The notes beneath the pieces are model-generated. The model was not told the DNA's origin. It was given only the letters and a program-made list of their open reading frames with translations, and searched no databases. Below are positions 17,006 to 21,335 of a DNA stretch of 21,335 nt, piece by piece. The stretch is taken from assembly GCA_045805065.1 (NCBI GenBank), contig JBJMMA010000159.1:1-21335 (forward strand), read 5' to 3'. Numbering within the stretch: position 1 is the first letter of the stretch; the number at the start of each line of letters is the position of its first letter. The stretch comes from Bdellovibrionia bacterium. Its GTDB lineage: Bacteria > Bdellovibrionota > UBA1018. The position numbers were made by a program, and so were the translations under genes.

Positions 17006-17013
17006 AAAAGTTT

Positions 17014-17772
17014 ATGACGAGAGCTAAGTTTATTAAACGCGTAGCGAGCAAAGCCCGCCTCGCCACTAGCGCGGCAATTGCCCTTGCAGCGATTTTTGGA
17101 TCCGCAAACAGCTATGCCGCGAAGTTTGCCAATCAGTTTGTTGAGTTTGAGCTTCCTCCTCAATGGCAATGCAATCTTGAAGGCGCCGAATGGGTTTGCC
17201 AGAGTTTAGATGAGCAGAAAAAGCGCGATGCGATCATCGTTCTTGCGGCAAAGCTGAAGGGCGATCAGGACAGCCTCGATCAGTACCTCGCCTATCTCAA
17301 AAATCCCAAGACCTATAACAACATCAAAGGCTCTCCGGTCACCTCGACCCCAAAATACGCCAAAAACATCCAGATCGGTGATCATCCTTGGGTGGATTCC
17401 CTCCACATGGCCTCTGAGATCCCTGATTTCTACACCCGTTATTTAGCAACGGTGAAGAACGACATCGGCGTCCTGGTCACCTACTCGATCAACAAGAACA
17501 AGTACGCCGAATACCAGCCTCAATTCGAGAACATGGTGAACACGCTCAAGGTCTTCCGCAAGCCTGGCGCTCCCCTCAACGGCGGCACCAATCTTTTTGG
17601 TATCAATGTTCCAAAGCCTGACGAGGGCACCGTCTTCAATCCAGGCATGATCCCAGGCGGTGAAAACAAGCCAAAGAAAGCAAAAGACGATCTGCCGTTT
17701 GAATACATCCTGGCAGGAGTTGTTCTCGTTGCCTTCATCATCTGGCGGAGAAAGAAAGCCGCTGGCGGCTAA
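17014..17772 (+). CDS. Exported protein with C-terminal TM anchor and basic tail
   Basis: Signal peptide ending SYA, FELPPQWQC...WVC disulfide pair, Pro/Gly linker, YILAGVVLVAFIIW-RRKK. Confidence 0.85.
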   Translation: MTRAKFIKRVASKARLATSAAIALAAIFGSANSYAAKFANQFVEFELPPQWQCNLEGAEWVCQSLDEQKKRDAIIVLAAKLKGDQDSLDQYLAYLKNPKTYNNIKGSPVTSTPKYAKNIQIGDHPWVDSLHMASEIPDFYTRYLATVKNDIGVLVTYSINKNKYAEYQPQFENMVNTLKVFRKPGAPLNGGTNLFGINVPKPDEGTVFNPGMIPGGENKPKKAKDDLPFEYILAGVVLVAFIIWRRKKAAGG

Positions 17773-17856
17773 AAAAGCCACGAGCTAAAACGGTTCGCGG
17801 GGCCGGGCCTTCTTTCGCACTTGGCCTCCCAGACTCTTCAGTTAACCGAATGGGCT

Positions 17857-19161
17857 TTATCGCTTCACCAGCGTAAAGCCCATTTTCTTTAGAGCACTTT
17901 GCGCAGGTTTTGGTCCCAGAACTAGGATGCTTCTCTCATCATCCGCAAAAAGCTTGTGCGCCAGGCGCTGAAGATCGGCAGGCGTCACGGCATCCACTTG
18001 CTTGCAGACTTCCTCAACGCTCACGTAACGCCCAAAGATCATCTCGTTCCGAGCAATGCTCGACATGCGAGACTCCGCGCTGTCGGAGGACAAAAGGATC
18101 GTGCCTTTCAGATTGTCTTTAATCGTCTCAAGCTCTTTCTTAGTGAGAGGCTTTGCCTTCACATGATTCACGCACTCCTCCACCAGCTTCAGGCAAAGCG
18201 GCACTTGCGAGGCGTTTGTCGCGGCATAAATCGAGAAAATCCCCGTATCCGTGTAAGGGGCCAGGCATGAGTAGACCGTGTAAGCGAGCCCGTTCTTCTC
18301 GCGAATCTCCTGAAAGAGTGTCGAGCTCATTCCCCCGCCCAAGTAAACGTTCAGAAGAAACGCCGCAAAGCGATCCTCTGATGTGTAAGTGGGTCCTGGA
18401 ACCGCCCAAACCACATGGCACTGCTCCGTGCTGCGATCAATCCACCAACGCCCCGAGCAAGATTCAGGCGCATTGAGCGAATCCAGCGTGGGCTTTGGAA
18501 GTTTCGTCGGACGTCCTGGCCATTTCTTTTTGATCAGTGGAGCCATCTTTTTAATGACGGACTGATGAGTGACATTTCCTGCCACGGAGATCACGATCTG
18601 ATCCGGCCGGTAGTGCGTGTAAAAATATTTCAGAACTTCGGCACGCTTCAATGAATTGATGCTTTTTTCGGTCCCAAGAATCGCGCGTCCGATTCCGTGA
18701 TTCGGATAAAAGAGCTCATAAAAAATATCGTGCGCCAGCTCTTCCGGAGACTCATCGACCATGGAGATCTCTTGAAGAATCACCTTGCGCTCGCGCTCCA
18801 GCTCTTCGGCTTCAAACGTGGAATTCAAAATCACGTCAGACAAAATATCCAGCCCAAGCCCGATATCACGATCCAGAAGCAGAACATGGAAGCACGTGTT
18901 CTCGCGACTTGTGAAAGCGTTGAAATCGCCTCCCACCCGATCAACCTCGCGAGCAATATCCAGCGCCGTGCGCTTTTTCGTGCCCTTGAAAACCATGTGC
19001 TCAAGGAAATGCGAAACACCGACTTCCTTGGCATTCTCATGCCGCGTTCCCACTTTTACCCAAACACCCACGGACAAACTTCGAAACTCGGGATGTCTTT
19101 CGGAGAGAACAGTGAGGCCATTCGGAAATACGGTCTTTTTGAATTGAGGTTTGCGCGCCAT
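17857..19161 (-). CDS. M16 family zinc metallopeptidase (pitrilysin/MPP-like)
   Basis: HFLEHMVFKGT (HXXEH), NAFTSRE, GGGMSSTLFQEIREKNGLAY. Probable start MARKPQF at 19161. Confidence 0.95.
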   Translation of the reverse strand: MARKPQFKKTVFPNGLTVLSERHPEFRSLSVGVWVKVGTRHENAKEVGVSHFLEHMVFKGTKKRTALDIAREVDRVGGDFNAFTSRENTCFHVLLLDRDIGLGLDILSDVILNSTFEAEELERERKVILQEISMVDESPEELAHDIFYELFYPNHGIGRAILGTEKSINSLKRAEVLKYFYTHYRPDQIVISVAGNVTHQSVIKKMAPLIKKKWPGRPTKLPKPTLDSLNAPESCSGRWWIDRSTEQCHVVWAVPGPTYTSEDRFAAFLLNVYLGGGMSSTLFQEIREKNGLAYTVYSCLAPYTDTGIFSIYAATNASQVPLCLKLVEECVNHVKAKPLTKKELETIKDNLKGTILLSSDSAESRMSSIARNEMIFGRYVSVEEVCKQVDAVTPADLQRLAHKLFADDERSILVLGPKPAQSALKKMGFTLVKR

Positions 19162-19356
19162 TTCTAGTTTTAAAATAGCGTGTTTCGCCTGCATTTGTCG
19201 AGAAGTAGGCGCCACAAGGGGCCGCCAAAATGACAAGCCGGACGAGAACACGCAATGACGCACTGATTCGTTCGCCGGCAAGGAAACCGATCAAGAACCA
19301 GGAGCTTCACCTTTAAATTCCTTATGTTGAAATTCATAATATCCTTAGCTCAGGCC

Positions 19357-19384
19357 TATAGCTTCTGCCGAGCCTTGCCGATAA
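19357..19384 (+). promoter_or_regulatory. Putative sigma28 (FliA)-type promoter TATAG-N15-GCCGATAA
   Basis: Perfect GCCGATAA -10 element ending 7 nt before ATG 19392. Confidence 0.6.
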
Positions 19385-19391
19385 TAGAGGT

Positions 19392-19979
19392 ATGAAGAAC
19401 TGCACTCTATTGATGGCTATGGGTATGGCGTTGAGCCTCTCTTCTCTGAATGCGTTTGCCGCATGCGAGAACCCTCAGTACCAAGAATGCCTGGCTCGCC
19501 TCAGCACCCATGCTGAACTGGCCAAGAGTTCGCCTTCGCAAGCCACTTCAAAAGACTTCATTACAAAGGACCGAGTCTTTGACTTTGCTCCAATGAATGA
19601 AGACATTGGACCAGAAACGATTGGTCCAACGACCTTCAATCGAATCTATAAAGATTTGCTCTCTAACATCGAGCGCCAAGGCCAGTTTCTTTCTTCAGAA
19701 GGAATTTATCAACATACTCAAATGCTCAACATGCTTTGCGAACAGAGCAAGACCAATCCAGATGTGATTGATGTTCTCGCAAAGTACGAAGCTCAACACT
19801 CAGGATCTCCAAGCCAAAACCTGGGACTCATGGGTGGAGCATTGGCCATTGCAGCCCTCATCGTTGTAGGCCTCTTCTCTCTCTCGCACAGACAGAAGGG
19901 CACCTCTTCTGCCGGCAATGTGATTGCATTGCCTACGCGGAAAAAGAGCGACGACGATCAAAAGCAAAACGCCGCTTAA
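19392..19979 (+). CDS. Hypothetical exported protein with C-terminal TM helix
   Basis: Signal peptide ending AFA, Cys pair, TM LGLMGGALAIAALIVVGLFSL. Confidence 0.8.
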   Translation: MKNCTLLMAMGMALSLSSLNAFAACENPQYQECLARLSTHAELAKSSPSQATSKDFITKDRVFDFAPMNEDIGPETIGPTTFNRIYKDLLSNIERQGQFLSSEGIYQHTQMLNMLCEQSKTNPDVIDVLAKYEAQHSGSPSQNLGLMGGALAIAALIVVGLFSLSHRQKGTSSAGNVIALPTRKKSDDDQKQNAA

Positions 19980-20031
19980 TCGCACTCCGATTTTTCTCAG
20001 CGCTTGAAAAGGAGTCGCCGGAGCTCGCTGC

Positions 20032-21078
20032 CTAAGCCTTCTTGCGACGACGAGGTTTTTTCTTACTCGCCTTCTTCTCCGCTTTCCGCATTGAGCGCTC
20101 CACCACGGAGAGTGTTTTCTTAAGACGCGCCACATGCGCAATGGCCGTTCCAGGAATGGTCATGGGCTGAGTCGCGATCCCGATGATGATGCCGGTGTGG
20201 GGCGCACGGATTTGAGTCACGGTTCTTCCAAACGGATTCAAGATCTCGCCGATCGTATCGCCCTTATAGACGAGATCGCCTGGGCGAATATCAAGATCCA
20301 GGATGCCGCCCTTCTCCGCACGAATCCATTCACTCTCGCGCACAATCACTTGAAACGGAGGGCGCTTGTGACCGACCGAGGCAGGAAGCATTTTCATTTC
20401 CGCCAAAACGTTCAAAACGCCACGCAAGCCGGCTTGCGAAACACGCTTTGAGAAACGGCCCGTCTCCCCTGCTTCAAACAAAATAGTCGGCACGCCCACC
20501 TTCGTGGCCTCGCGCCTGAGCGAACCCCGAATGCCGGTCTGATTGACCATGACCGTTGCGCCGAAAGCGCGCGCCAGTTTTCTCACTTCCGGATCCGACA
20601 TATCTCCACGCACATGTGGAAGATTGGAGCGGCCACTGGCGGCCGTGTGCAGATCGATTCCAAAGTCGCATTTGGATACGACCTCTTTGAAAATCCGGTG
20701 CGCAAACGTCTGCGCATTGTTGCCGTTCTTTTTTCCAGGGAAGAATCGATTCAGATCGCGATGATAAGGCAGATAGCGGGACTGCCCAAGAAAGCCTGGA
20801 ATATTGACCACAGGAATAGCAATCAGAGTCCCCGAAAGCTGCTCATGGTCGATATCAAAGATCAGGCGGCGGACAATATCCGTCCCATTAATTTCATCTC
20901 CATGGATGGCGGCGGTAACAAAAGCAGTCGGTCCAGGTTTTTTGCCGCGGATGACCGTGACCGGAATCAAAATTGAAGATGAAAGGAAGGACTCAGAAAC
21001 TTTCAGATAGATTTCGCGGGTCTCGCCCGGATGAATCACTATCCCACTGACTGTAAAGGACGTGGTGCTTGAGTCCAT
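20032..21078 (-). CDS. Succinylglutamate desuccinylase/aspartoacylase family (M14-like) protein
   Basis: AAIHGDEING, DLNRFFPG, IDLHT, FEAG, C-terminal barrel-sandwich-hybrid-like segment; Lys/Arg-rich tail. Confidence 0.92.
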   Translation of the reverse strand: MDSSTTSFTVSGIVIHPGETREIYLKVSESFLSSSILIPVTVIRGKKPGPTAFVTAAIHGDEINGTDIVRRLIFDIDHEQLSGTLIAIPVVNIPGFLGQSRYLPYHRDLNRFFPGKKNGNNAQTFAHRIFKEVVSKCDFGIDLHTAASGRSNLPHVRGDMSDPEVRKLARAFGATVMVNQTGIRGSLRREATKVGVPTILFEAGETGRFSKRVSQAGLRGVLNVLAEMKMLPASVGHKRPPFQVIVRESEWIRAEKGGILDLDIRPGDLVYKGDTIGEILNPFGRTVTQIRAPHTGIIIGIATQPMTIPGTAIAHVARLKKTLSVVERSMRKAEKKASKKKPRRRKKA

Positions 21079-21118
21079 GTTCGCTTTCTATTATAACGGC
21101 CTTAATAAAGAAACACAC

Positions 21119-21335
21119 GTGAAGAGCACCAAAAAAACCCCCTCCAAACAGGCTCGCTCCCGAACTCCCAAGACCCCTGAGGTCCTTCCAAAAGAAGTGC
21201 GTCGTGAAGTGCGTCCCGAAATAGGTTACGACGAGCTCGACGAGGACTTATCTAATTCGGATTTAGAGGATGAACTTTCTGAATCAGAAGATGCTTCCGA
21301 AGAGCCTTCTGAAGAAGAGATTCAGTCTCAGCTTC
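21119..21335 (+). CDS. 5' part of a CDS running off the window: basic then highly acidic N-terminus, product unknown
   Basis: GTG at 21119 opens a stop-free frame (MKSTKKTPSKQ...DELDEDLSNSDLEDELSESEDASEEPSEEEIQSQL), divergent from the previous gene. Confidence 0.65.
   Translation, partial: MKSTKKTPSKQARSRTPKTPEVLPKEVRREVRPEIGYDELDEDLSNSDLEDELSESEDASEEPSEEEIQSQL

Noticed and set aside
19162..19281. 40-aa N-terminal extension of the M16 peptidase
   Set aside because: TTG start and a non-homologous-looking sequence; family similarity begins at MARKPQF and a -10-like box lies just upstream of 19161.
21119..21335. Naming the truncated acidic ORF as a sigma factor
   Set aside because: Acidic N-termini occur in some sigma factors, but no conserved region is visible in the window.

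Overview
Gene-dense bacterial chromosomal window with no rRNA, tRNA, CRISPR array, transposase or phage genes. Gene content (PTA-fused malic enzyme, many Cys-paired secreted orphans, sigma28-like promoters) suggests Bdellovibrionota; this is inference only. Recognisable genes: nadA (partial), a CinA-like protein, trxC, a yqjDEK-like trio, an MBL-fold hydrolase, a TonB C-terminal protein, rdgB, YdcF/DUF218, rpmB, RidA, maeB, an outer-membrane beta-barrel, an M16 peptidase and an AstE/AspA-family enzyme. Three things stand out. (1) A 238-bp intergenic element (9632-9869) made of two inverted 90-bp units with perfect 30- and 33-bp arms around a 16-nt divergent window. (2) A three-gene operon of secreted orphans (4605-8786) behind a sigma28-like promoter, whose last gene apparently starts at ATT. 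(3) Several structured 5' leaders with SD sequestration or repeated AGGGA (CsrA-like) motifs.
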